Shown in pieces: positions 8,338 to 14,975 of a stretch of DNA of 20,880 bases. Location of the stretch: the IMG/VR virus record IMGVR_UViG_3300029080_000072. One strand, 5' to 3'. The position numbers were made by a program, and so were the translations under genes. The notes beneath the pieces were generated by a model. The model was not told the origin of the DNA. It saw nothing but the letters and a program-made list of their open reading frames with translations, and searched no databases. Origin of the DNA: a virus. Its lineage: Duplodnaviria > Heunggongvirae > Uroviricota > Caudoviricetes. Each line of letters starts with the position of its first letter. Within the stretch, counting starts at the first letter, position 1.

Positions 8338-8967
8338 CTAAAACAAGGATAAACTTTGCCCTGCTCCAGGCGTTGGCTTTACAAATGTTACATCTTTAAT
8401 TCTTTCGCCTAGGAGAAAAAATTTGTCCAAAGATAGCGATGGTATTGTTGCAAACCCATCAGCCCCCTTTTTCCTAGCAACCCCTCTCACGTCCATGAGA
8501 ATTCGCCCTAATACGTTCATACCATAATAGTTACCTTCTGGGTCTTTACTGGCACCCCAGAATTGGTCCTTCTCTGAGTGTTCCACGATGAAATGGTCGC
8601 CTGTACTGTCTAACAGCGCAAAGAACGTATCCCAGTTCTGGCATAATTTTACGCATACACACCACTTCATAATCGAAACTCGATTCTTATCCCATCCTGC
8701 GCGAGTTTTGGATTCAAACGATCTTGCGGTCTGCTTGGCTTCATAGGGGTTTCCTTGAGTAATGATGGCCTTTTGTATATCCGGATAGTCTGGATATCGG
8801 CATGCTTGGTAAAGGATTTCACTTGATTGAATAGGCAACCCATTGATTAACAATGGATATCCTTTAGCCATGTTGGAAAGCCCCCCCCATTTTTCGGTGG
8901 TTTTCCTGAAGGAAACTGTGTTCTGTAGCGGATATAATCTATAGCTCATACCACTCATTATACCCAT
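8338..8967 (-). CDS. NADAR-domain (YbiA/DUF1768-family) protein; predicted N-glycosidic ribosyl/ADP-ribosyl hydrolase
   Basis: 203-209 aa, with in-frame ATGs at 8967, 8958 and 8949. NADAR signature blocks are WGGLSNMA, IQSSEILYQACRYPD, GNPYEAKQTARS, GWDKNRVSIMKW, LLDSTGDHFIVEHSEKDQFWGA and YGMNVLGRILMDVR. It overlaps the upstream ORF's 3' end by 11-29 nt. Confidence 0.75.
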   Translation of the reverse strand: MGIMSGMSYRLYPLQNTVSFRKTTEKWGGLSNMAKGYPLLINGLPIQSSEILYQACRYPDYPDIQKAIITQGNPYEAKQTARSFESKTRAGWDKNRVSIMKWCVCVKLCQNWDTFFALLDSTGDHFIVEHSEKDQFWGASKDPEGNYYGMNVLGRILMDVRGVARKKGADGFATIPSLSLDKFFLLGERIKDVTFVKPTPGAGQSLSLF

Positions 8968-9970
8968 TCCGCTTCATTAGTGGATACCAGCAGTCCAATG
9001 CGGGAGCACCTGTTGGTTCATAATCTCCCCACCAAAAAGCCAGCGGCACATTATTCGGGCAATTTCGATAAGTAAATGTTGTTCCCCCAAAACCCAAACC
9101 GTCAAAAGTAGAAAAACCTAGAGGTTTGAGCACCTCACTAGGGGTTTTCCTGTGCAGCAAGATATTAAAGCCGACTTTAGTAAGGATAGATTCGAAACGA
9201 TCCCTTGAGGCTTCATTTCTAAAACTATCAGAAGAGGCATATCCATCTCTGAATACGCCTTTGTAAAGCTCACACTCCTCGAATTTCTCGGGAGTATCTA
9301 CACTATATTTCCTTGGCCAGAAAACACCTGATTGAGCAGAACGACTTTTTCGGTTTTCAACCTCACGCATACCACCATTCTTCACGTGTACAAAAATGTT
9401 TCTATCCTTAAAAATATATTCTAATCGTCTTTTTATATTATAGTCAGATAACGTATGAGATGAAAAAAAATATACATTGAATTTAATATCTCTTAAATTA
9501 AATTTTAAAACAAAATTACTTATCGATTTGATGGCCTTTTCTCCTGAAAACGACACATCATCAATATATACAAATGTATCAAATTTATTTACTTCATCTT
9601 GAGTTGATGATTCAGTAACGATGTTAAATTTGATCCCTACTGTTTCATAAAGAGATTTAAGCAATTCCTTCTGACTAGAACCTTTTTTTTGAATATCTAA
9701 AAAACCTGCATATCTGAAGAATTTCGCGTTCTTTTCACTTCTTGCAATGGCTTTTATTTTTCGTTGATATTGACTTTCGGATAGGTAACCTGCATTAAGT
9801 AGATAAAGCGTTTCATCTAAGATAAATCGTCTATCCTCCACTGCAAATTGCTTAATCCATTTGCTGACATGTTCAGAGTTCATACCTTCAGCCGGAGGAT
9901 ATTTATAATCGCTCAACTTTTCAGCAATTTTATTGATTACTTTTTCACCAGATAAAATATTCGAGGACAT
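8939..9970 (-). CDS. Hypothetical 343-aa protein with a phosphoribosyltransferase (PRTase)-like core; candidate effector/toxin
   Basis: This long ORF in very AT-rich DNA has an AGGA RBS 6 nt before ATG 9970. Residues 132-145, TFVYIDDVSFSGEK, form a hydrophobic strand, a DD pair and a small-residue loop, like the PRPP-binding loop of type-I PRTases. The N-terminal ~110 aa look helical. The C-terminal W/G-rich region (GFGGTTFTYRNCPNNVPLAFWWGDYEPTGAP) is unassigned. The coding call is confident; the functional call is tentative. Confidence 0.55.
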   Translation of the reverse strand: MSSNILSGEKVINKIAEKLSDYKYPPAEGMNSEHVSKWIKQFAVEDRRFILDETLYLLNAGYLSESQYQRKIKAIARSEKNAKFFRYAGFLDIQKKGSSQKELLKSLYETVGIKFNIVTESSTQDEVNKFDTFVYIDDVSFSGEKAIKSISNFVLKFNLRDIKFNVYFFSSHTLSDYNIKRRLEYIFKDRNIFVHVKNGGMREVENRKSRSAQSGVFWPRKYSVDTPEKFEECELYKGVFRDGYASSDSFRNEASRDRFESILTKVGFNILLHRKTPSEVLKPLGFSTFDGLGFGGTTFTYRNCPNNVPLAFWWGDYEPTGAPALDCWYPLMKRNGYNEWYEL

Positions 9971-10086
9971 AAAAATTCCTTTTCACAACACAGAATCTAA
10001 AAAATAAGAATACTTTTATTTATTTCAAGTATAGACCGTATATTCAACTACTTTTTTTTATAGTAGGGAGATACCGATCACAATTT

Positions 10087-10143
10087 TTAGATATCTAATG
10101 TGATGGTTTAATAACCAGCAGTCTTACGTGTTAATTCACGTAA
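10087..10143. promoter_or_regulatory. Two dyad symmetries upstream of the island operon (candidate operator sites)
   Basis: A perfect 12-bp palindrome TTAGATATCTAA lies at 10087..10098. An inverted repeat TTACGTG-N6-CACGTAA lies at 10124..10143. Both are in the 210-bp AT-rich gap between the methylase stop (10182) and the island start (9970). Confidence 0.3.
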
Positions 10144-10181
10144 AAAAACTCATCAAACCTTCCTCTTTTCAGTTAATTCTT

Positions 10182-10766
10182 TTAAGAATAAACATCAGTA
10201 ACTCGGGCCGGGCTTAATGCTACGGTTGGCGAATCACACTTGTTTCCCCATACGTCGAAACCGTGGGAGGATTTACGCGCAAAGAGCTCAATACGTGGAA
10301 GATTACCCAGCAACCGAACCAGCATTTCACGCACGCAGTCTGGTTTACGTGAGTGCTCATGTCGCGGCGAGGTGTAGTGCTGGATGATCGAGGCGTCCTG
10401 CTGTGGTGCCCGCTTACCCTTTACCGCGAAAAGACAATCTTCACGGTTCGCCCGGATCAGGTGTCCCATTCCCATCGCCGATTTGTCAGTTTGCTTCGGG
10501 TAGGTTTTATCCCAAGTGAAACCTTTCATTGTGATCAGGCGAAATCCCCAGGCATCGACGACTTTCATCGCCTCGAACGTTTGAGTTGGCAACCACCACA
10601 TCGCCAGCTGGCAGCTTTCTGCAACCCGCTCCCTTACTGGCAGCCAGCAGATATCCTGCACCGTCATAACCAAGTATTTATGCCCGGTGCCACGCTTACC
10701 AGAATTGCATTTATCCTCGTACGTCCAGGGCGGATCCGCTTAGATCAACGTGTATTTCTTGTTCAT
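10182..10766 (-). pseudogene. MT-A70-family DNA N6-adenine methyltransferase interrupted by an in-frame TAA at codon 9
   Basis: My own translation from ATG 10766 gives MNKKYTLI*ADPPWTYEDKCNSGKRGTGHKYLVMTVQDICWLPV...EHSRKPDCVREMLVRLLGNLPRIELFARKSSHGFDVWGN. The stop (minus-strand TAA, plus 10740..10742) replaces the Tyr of the I-Y-A-DPPW catalytic block. The tracked 163-aa ORF (10182..10673) lacks DPPW. Confidence 0.75.
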
Positions 10767-10768
10767 GG

Positions 10769-11455
10769 TTAAATAAATCCGACTGCTTTACGCGCTTTGT
10801 ATTGCTCAAGCAAAAGCTGAGCGGGAGTCGGCCCGGGCACGTGGCGCGGAGCCGAGATTTGTTTTCTGACCGGAGGGATTGGTTTGCCCTCACTGACGCG
10901 CTTCTCCCACATGTCCAGCAGGTCACCAGCCTCGCATGCCAGCTCGCCATGCGTTAACTGGCGCTCAATGCTACGGTGGCGCAGTTCGACGCAGATGTGG
11001 TACATGACAGGCTGTGACCACGGGAAATGCTCGCTGGAAGTGAATTCGAAGGAACGATTACGCCAATCCCAGTATTCGGTTATGACTTGGTCAACAGTGA
11101 TACCTAACGCCCCGCCACTCTGCTTACACCACGCTACGAACTGGCCGGGCGACGGCAGGAATGGTCGCTCCTGTCGGCGGGCCACGCGCATTCCGGCGTT
11201 AACCTGCTCCATAGTGGTAATTCCATTTTCACGGAAAGCCATAACCCACTGACGGCGGATTTCGTTCAGCTCGTTCTGGTCGCGGTTCGCGAGGCTTGCC
11301 GGAAATGTCGCAAGCAGCTGGCTGAACACACCGTTGATGATCTGCGCCACCTGCTGCACCTGCGGCTTTTCGTCGTATTGTTCCGGCATGTTGTTGGCGA
11401 TTCGACGCATCTGCTCACGGTCAAAGTTAATCATCTGCGCGGCAATATTTTTCAT
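10769..11455 (-). CDS. P: Replication protein P (DnaB-loading). The N-terminal half is lambda-like and the C-terminal half is divergent.
   Basis: MKNIAAQMINFDREQMRRIANNMPEQYDEKPQVQQVAQIINGVFSQLLATFPASLANRDQNE...RPFLPSPGQFVAWC matches remembered lambda P. The start overlaps the O stop. Confidence 0.9.
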   Translation of the reverse strand: MKNIAAQMINFDREQMRRIANNMPEQYDEKPQVQQVAQIINGVFSQLLATFPASLANRDQNELNEIRRQWVMAFRENGITTMEQVNAGMRVARRQERPFLPSPGQFVAWCKQSGGALGITVDQVITEYWDWRNRSFEFTSSEHFPWSQPVMYHICVELRHRSIERQLTHGELACEAGDLLDMWEKRVSEGKPIPPVRKQISAPRHVPGPTPAQLLLEQYKARKAVGFI

Positions 11456-12381
11456 AGCTCCACCCCGTAAATCCAGTCAGTGTTTGTCAGGTCGAGTTTT
11501 GGTTTGCTGGCAGTCACACCAGCCTGTTGCTTGTTACGGTTGATTTCGAGTTGGGTCCACTTGTCGCGGAGTTTGGCCGGACTTAGCACGTTACCGGACC
11601 AGAAGTTGTCCTGGCATGCCCAGCGGAACAGCACGCACATGTCGCGGTGGTTACGTCCGTCACGTTCACGCATCAGGCGGATATCGTTAGCCCACCCTGC
11701 AAAATTCGGTTTTCTGGCTGATGGCGCGATGGTCTTCACCATGTCAAACATCCACTCTGCGGCGGTCAGGTCTTCTGCTGTCCCCCACCTGCTGCCGCTC
11801 TGAATTGCAGCATCTGGTTTCTCCACAGGAAGATCGTTTTCTGGTTGGTCAGAGGATTCGCCAGAATTCTCGGACGAAAAAGGTTTTATATTGTCTTTTG
11901 TTAGTTTGTCTTTTGTGTTTACCTGATTCGGGTAAACGCCTTTACCTGATTTAGGTAAACTTTTCTTACCTGATTCAGGTAAATTTACCTCTTTCAGGTA
12001 AACTTTATTTTTCTTACCCGATTCGGGTAATGTTGACCATTCACTGACCACATTATTGATGCCGATATTCCGCCCGCTCTGAATAAAAATCCCACGCTTT
12101 ACCAGAACACTTTTTGCAGCAGAACACTTGTGCGGCAATATCCCGGTTAATTCGGAAAGTTGCTCGTTGCTAACCCAATCCAGTTTTTTATTAAAGCCAT
12201 ATGTTTTGCGCATGACAGCCAGAAAGACCAGAAGCTGGTGCTGTGTTAATCCGGCCAGCATCACAGCTTCCAGCAACTCATTTGCAATGCGCGTATAACC
12301 ATCATCGAGATCTGCCACGCGCCGCTCCTTTTGTGCCACATCCGGCACAGGAAAATTGAATATCTCAGCAGTGTTTGCCAT
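11452..12381 (-). CDS. O: Replication initiator O
   Basis: From ATG 12381 (RBS GGAGGAA): MANTAEIFNFPV...RVADLDDGYTRIANELLEA...SSENSGESSDQPENDLPVEKPDAAIQSGSRWGTAEDLTAAEWMFDMVKTIAPSARKPNFAGWANDIRLMRERDGRNHRDMCVLFRWACQDNFWSGNVLSPAKLRDKWTQLEINRNKQQ... The C-terminal half is essentially lambda O. The tracked 12471 start is an upstream extension. Confidence 0.92.
   Translation of the reverse strand: MANTAEIFNFPVPDVAQKERRVADLDDGYTRIANELLEAVMLAGLTQHQLLVFLAVMRKTYGFNKKLDWVSNEQLSELTGILPHKCSAAKSVLVKRGIFIQSGRNIGINNVVSEWSTLPESGKKNKVYLKEVNLPESGKKSLPKSGKGVYPNQVNTKDKLTKDNIKPFSSENSGESSDQPENDLPVEKPDAAIQSGSRWGTAEDLTAAEWMFDMVKTIAPSARKPNFAGWANDIRLMRERDGRNHRDMCVLFRWACQDNFWSGNVLSPAKLRDKWTQLEINRNKQQAGVTASKPKLDLTNTDWIYGVEL
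11876..12032. repeat. ori: Replication origin inside O: five ~19-20-bp iterons plus an adjacent AT-rich unwinding region
   Basis: The iterons share the core TTACC(T/C)-N-TT-N-GGTAA. They lie at about 11918-11937, 11941-11960, 11965-11984, 11984-12003 and 12013-12032. An AT-rich tract (11876..11917) sits on the P-proximal side, as in lambda ori. Confidence 0.85.
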
Positions 12382-12390
12382 AATTCCTCC

Positions 12391-12460
12391 CGCAATGAGT
12401 GTGTTACGATTTGCACCTGAAAGTCGGTTCTGTTCCCGCAGACCGACTTTCGCCATTTTT
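12391..12460 (+). ncRNA. oop: OOP-like short antisense RNA (predicted)
   Basis: The promoter TTGAAT (12356..12361), 17-nt spacer and CATAAT (12379..12384) overlaps the O start codon. About 70 nt downstream is a 9-10-bp stem (AAAGTCGGT 12420..12428 with ACCGACTTT 12442..12450), followed by CGCCATTTTT. The geometry mirrors lambda Po/oop between cII and O. Confidence 0.4.
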
Positions 12461-12467
12461 GAACCTG

Positions 12468-13007
12468 TCATATTGCCCCCAGCATGGTGGTGACCATCGC
12501 CATCAATGGACCAGCCAGATCCGGGTCCACTCGAAACATCGACACAATGCCTTCACTCATCTCCTTCAGTTTCTGGTGGCGTGGTGCGTTGAGAATGACC
12601 GCCTGCTTTGCCTCACAGAGTTCCTTTTCCATTTCAGCCAGCCGAGCCATGAAGCTATCCTGCTCAACCAGGTGGCCGCGATATTCCAGCGGTAGTACCG
12701 CCAGAATTGCCGGGGTCAGTTCACGCACGTTATTTCGGTATTTTTCAGAATCGAATTTGTTATCGAGGAAGCGGAACAGCTTCTGGCGTGCACGGCTGAC
12801 ATCATCAGGGAAATCGATAGTGCCGCCGCCCTGCTCCCGATACTCATTCACAATGAGTGTGGCAACGACATCCTGATTATCTTCAGCCGACCAGGCGCGG
12901 ACGGCATCACGGATTTTTTCGTGGCCTGGCACCTGTTTTGTTTGAGAACGATTTATCACCGCAGTCGGGCTAAATCCGCTAGTCTGTTGGTATGTAAGTG
13001 GTTGCAT
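12468..13007 (-). CDS. YdaT-family protein in the cII position (putative CII functional analogue)
   Basis: 179 aa with an AAGGAG RBS. The segment VATLIVNEYREQGGGTIDFP...LTPAILAVLPLEYRGHL resembles remembered Rac YdaT (...ITEEYLRQGGGELP...LIPAILAILPRELRHRL). It lies between the cro-like gene and O. Confidence 0.6.
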   Translation of the reverse strand: MQPLTYQQTSGFSPTAVINRSQTKQVPGHEKIRDAVRAWSAEDNQDVVATLIVNEYREQGGGTIDFPDDVSRARQKLFRFLDNKFDSEKYRNNVRELTPAILAVLPLEYRGHLVEQDSFMARLAEMEKELCEAKQAVILNAPRHQKLKEMSEGIVSMFRVDPDLAGPLMAMVTTMLGAI

Positions 13008-13076
13008 AATTGACTCCTTTAGTTTGAATTGACTGTTAAGTTGATTGCTTATTGTTAAAGAGCGTGAAATGGAAAT

Positions 13077-13307
13077 TTAAGCTGCGTTCTTTTCGGTGTG
13101 TGGAAACAACTTCGGAAGATCCGGGCGAATCTGGTATGCCTTCACTACTCCACCAGTAGCCGTAACAATGCTGCCGACATGTTCAGGGGATACCTTTGCT
13201 TTGTTGTGAAGCCACTTATAGACGGCCTGCTGTGAAACTTCGCAGGCAGCGCCCAGTTTCTTTTGTGAACCAACGATATTGATCGCTGTTTTGATAGCTG
13301 GATTCAT
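13077..13307 (-). CDS. Cro-position HTH regulator (YdaS/Cro-like)
   Basis: 76 aa with the HTH-like segment GSQKKLGAACEVSQQAVYKWLHNK and a GGAGG RBS. It is transcribed divergently from cI across the operator region. Confidence 0.7.
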   Translation of the reverse strand: MNPAIKTAINIVGSQKKLGAACEVSQQAVYKWLHNKAKVSPEHVGSIVTATGGVVKAYQIRPDLPKLFPHTEKNAA

Positions 13308-13334
13308 AACAACCTCCGTGGTTAATTTGAATCA

Positions 13335-13405
13335 AGATTAAAACTATGGTTGTTTTTAGTCAACAACCATTTTCGTTTGATGGAATAAAACCTTGGTTGT
13401 ACATT
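13335..13405. promoter_or_regulatory. OR region: PR (minus), PRM (plus) and operators
   Basis: PR on the minus strand: TTGACT (plus 13358..13363), 17 nt, TAATCT (plus 13335..13340). PRM on the plus strand: TTGATG (13377..13382), 17 nt, TACATT (13400..13405). That places the start site at about the cI ATG (13412), giving a leaderless mRNA as in lambda. Dyads: ATGGTTGTT-N7-AACAACCAT (13346..13370) and the 17-mer AAAACTATGGTTGTTTT (13340..13356). Confidence 0.6.
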
Positions 13406-13411
13406 TGGACT

Positions 13412-14101
13412 ATGAAAACAACACTCTCAGAAAGACTTAAAGAAGCCAGATTAGCGCGAGGCCTTACACAAAAGGCGCTTGGGGATTTGGTCGGGGTTAG
13501 CCAAGCTGCTATTCAGAAAATCGAAACAGGGAAAGCTAACCAAACAACTAAAATCGTGGAGATCGCGAACGCTTTGGGTGTGCGCGCAGAATGGTTATCT
13601 TCTGGCGTTGGAAATATGTCAGACAGTACAGTGCAACCAATACAATCAACTGTCAGCCATTCCAAATACTTTAAGATTGACGTTCTTGATATAGAAGTGA
13701 GTGCCGGGCCGGGAGTCATCAACCGTGAATTTGTAGAAGTTCTACGCTCGGTTGAGTACTCGTTTGACGATGCTCGTCACATGTTCGATGGCAGGAAGGC
13801 GGAAAATATCCGCATCATTAACGTGCGTGGTGACAGCATGTCAGGAACGATCGAACCAGGTGATCTGCTGTTCGTTGATATCACGGTTAAATCTTTCGAC
13901 GGTGATGGTATCTATGCGTTTCTGTACGACGACACAGCCCATGTAAAGCGCCTGCAAATGATGAAAGATAAGCTACTGGTTATCTCTGATAACAAGAGCT
14001 ACTCACCGTGGGACCCGATCGAGAAAGACGAGATGAACCGGGTGTTCATTTTCGGGAAGGTTATTGGCAGTATGCCGCAGACGTATAGGAAACACGGATA
14101 A
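13412..14101 (+). CDS. cI: CI-type prophage repressor (XRE HTH plus S24 LexA-like autopeptidase domain)
   Basis: MKTTLSERLKEARLARGLTQKALGDLVGVSQAAIQKIETGK is the HTH. It also has an Ala-Gly cleavage site (VSAGPG), a Ser nucleophile (RGDSMSG) and a Lys (HVKRL). I chose ATG 13412; the tracked 13346 start lies inside the operators. Confidence 0.9.
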   Translation: MKTTLSERLKEARLARGLTQKALGDLVGVSQAAIQKIETGKANQTTKIVEIANALGVRAEWLSSGVGNMSDSTVQPIQSTVSHSKYFKIDVLDIEVSAGPGVINREFVEVLRSVEYSFDDARHMFDGRKAENIRIINVRGDSMSGTIEPGDLLFVDITVKSFDGDGIYAFLYDDTAHVKRLQMMKDKLLVISDNKSYSPWDPIEKDEMNRVFIFGKVIGSMPQTYRKHG

Positions 14102-14180
14102 TCAGCTGCGTGCTGATGAGGCTTTTGGGTAATGCGCTGAAAGAATTCTTTATAAAAATAACATTACGGGAAAGGCAAAA

Positions 14181-14450
14181 ATGAGTGATAAAAAACTTAT
14201 AAAAAAATCAAATAACTGTGTAGATGCATATGCTGATGCATTTGGATATTCATCTTTTGGGGAAGATGACGATCGCTTAGGCTCCATATCTTTCTTTCAG
14301 CATGTTACAGAATGGGGCGCTGATGGTAGTAATGACACTGAAAACGTAAAGTACAACATTGCAACAATTCGCATGACGGAAGATTTAATGCTTAAACTCG
14401 CTGACTTTATTCGCGATCAGCATGATAGAGCTAAAACCAATAAGTCATAA
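14181..14450 (+). CDS. Hypothetical acidic 89-aa protein, first ORF in the rexA position
   Basis: The ORF has a GGAAAGG RBS-like sequence and starts 80 bp after the cI stop, in AT-richer DNA. I recognise no family. Confidence 0.55.
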   Translation: MSDKKLIKKSNNCVDAYADAFGYSSFGEDDDRLGSISFFQHVTEWGADGSNDTENVKYNIATIRMTEDLMLKLADFIRDQHDRAKTNKS

Positions 14451-14458
14451 TATTAACA

Positions 14459-14899
14459 ATGAAACACGGTTATTACGAAGCTCCAAACCTAACTGAAAAG
14501 CTTGAACAAGCGGCAAGATCATCATCTTTGCACACTGCAGCATTTTCTCAATCAGCTGGTATGTCTGGCGGTAATGTACCTATGCTACAATCAAGTGGTA
14601 GCGGTGGCTCTGGGAGTAATAATGTGCTTGAATCGAAAGTTGCAAAGCTTGAGTCTGATGTGTCCTATATCCGACGTGACGTTGATGAGCTTAAGACAGA
14701 TGTCAAATCTATCGACAGAAACATGATCGCTGTTCTGGAGCGACTCGATTCAATAAAAGATTCACTAGCCAAAAAACCCTCCATCGATGCTGTCGATAGA
14801 AAGATTTCAGACGCAAAGCTTGCGGTATTGCTTGGTGTTCCAGCAATCATCGCTGCAGGAACAGGTCTTTATAAGCTATCAATGTACTTTTTTCTTTAG
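14459..14899 (+). CDS. Hypothetical 146-aa tail-anchored coiled-coil membrane protein (XhlA-like architecture), second ORF in the rexB position
   Basis: It starts 8 nt after the previous stop. It has a Gly/Ser-rich linker (SSGSGGSGSNN) and a heptad-like segment (LESKVAKLESDVSYIRRDVDELKTDVKSIDRNMIAVLERLDSIKDSL). A single C-terminal TM segment (LAVLLGVPAIIAAGTGLYKLSMYFFL) follows. Confidence 0.6.
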   Translation: MKHGYYEAPNLTEKLEQAARSSSLHTAAFSQSAGMSGGNVPMLQSSGSGGSGSNNVLESKVAKLESDVSYIRRDVDELKTDVKSIDRNMIAVLERLDSIKDSLAKKPSIDAVDRKISDAKLAVLLGVPAIIAAGTGLYKLSMYFFL

Positions 14900-14975
14900 T
14901 GCTTAAGAAACTGCTCGCCACCTTGCATTACGCAAAGCGATTTTTCATTCCCTATTACCCTTTCTTATCCATCTA

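Noticed and set aside
8338-10181. Possibility that the PRTase-like gene is the effector of a retron
   Set aside because: PRTase-like effectors accompany some retrons. Here, though, no reverse-transcriptase ORF occurs anywhere in the window. I also could not identify an msr/msd-like structured repeat pair in 9971..10181.
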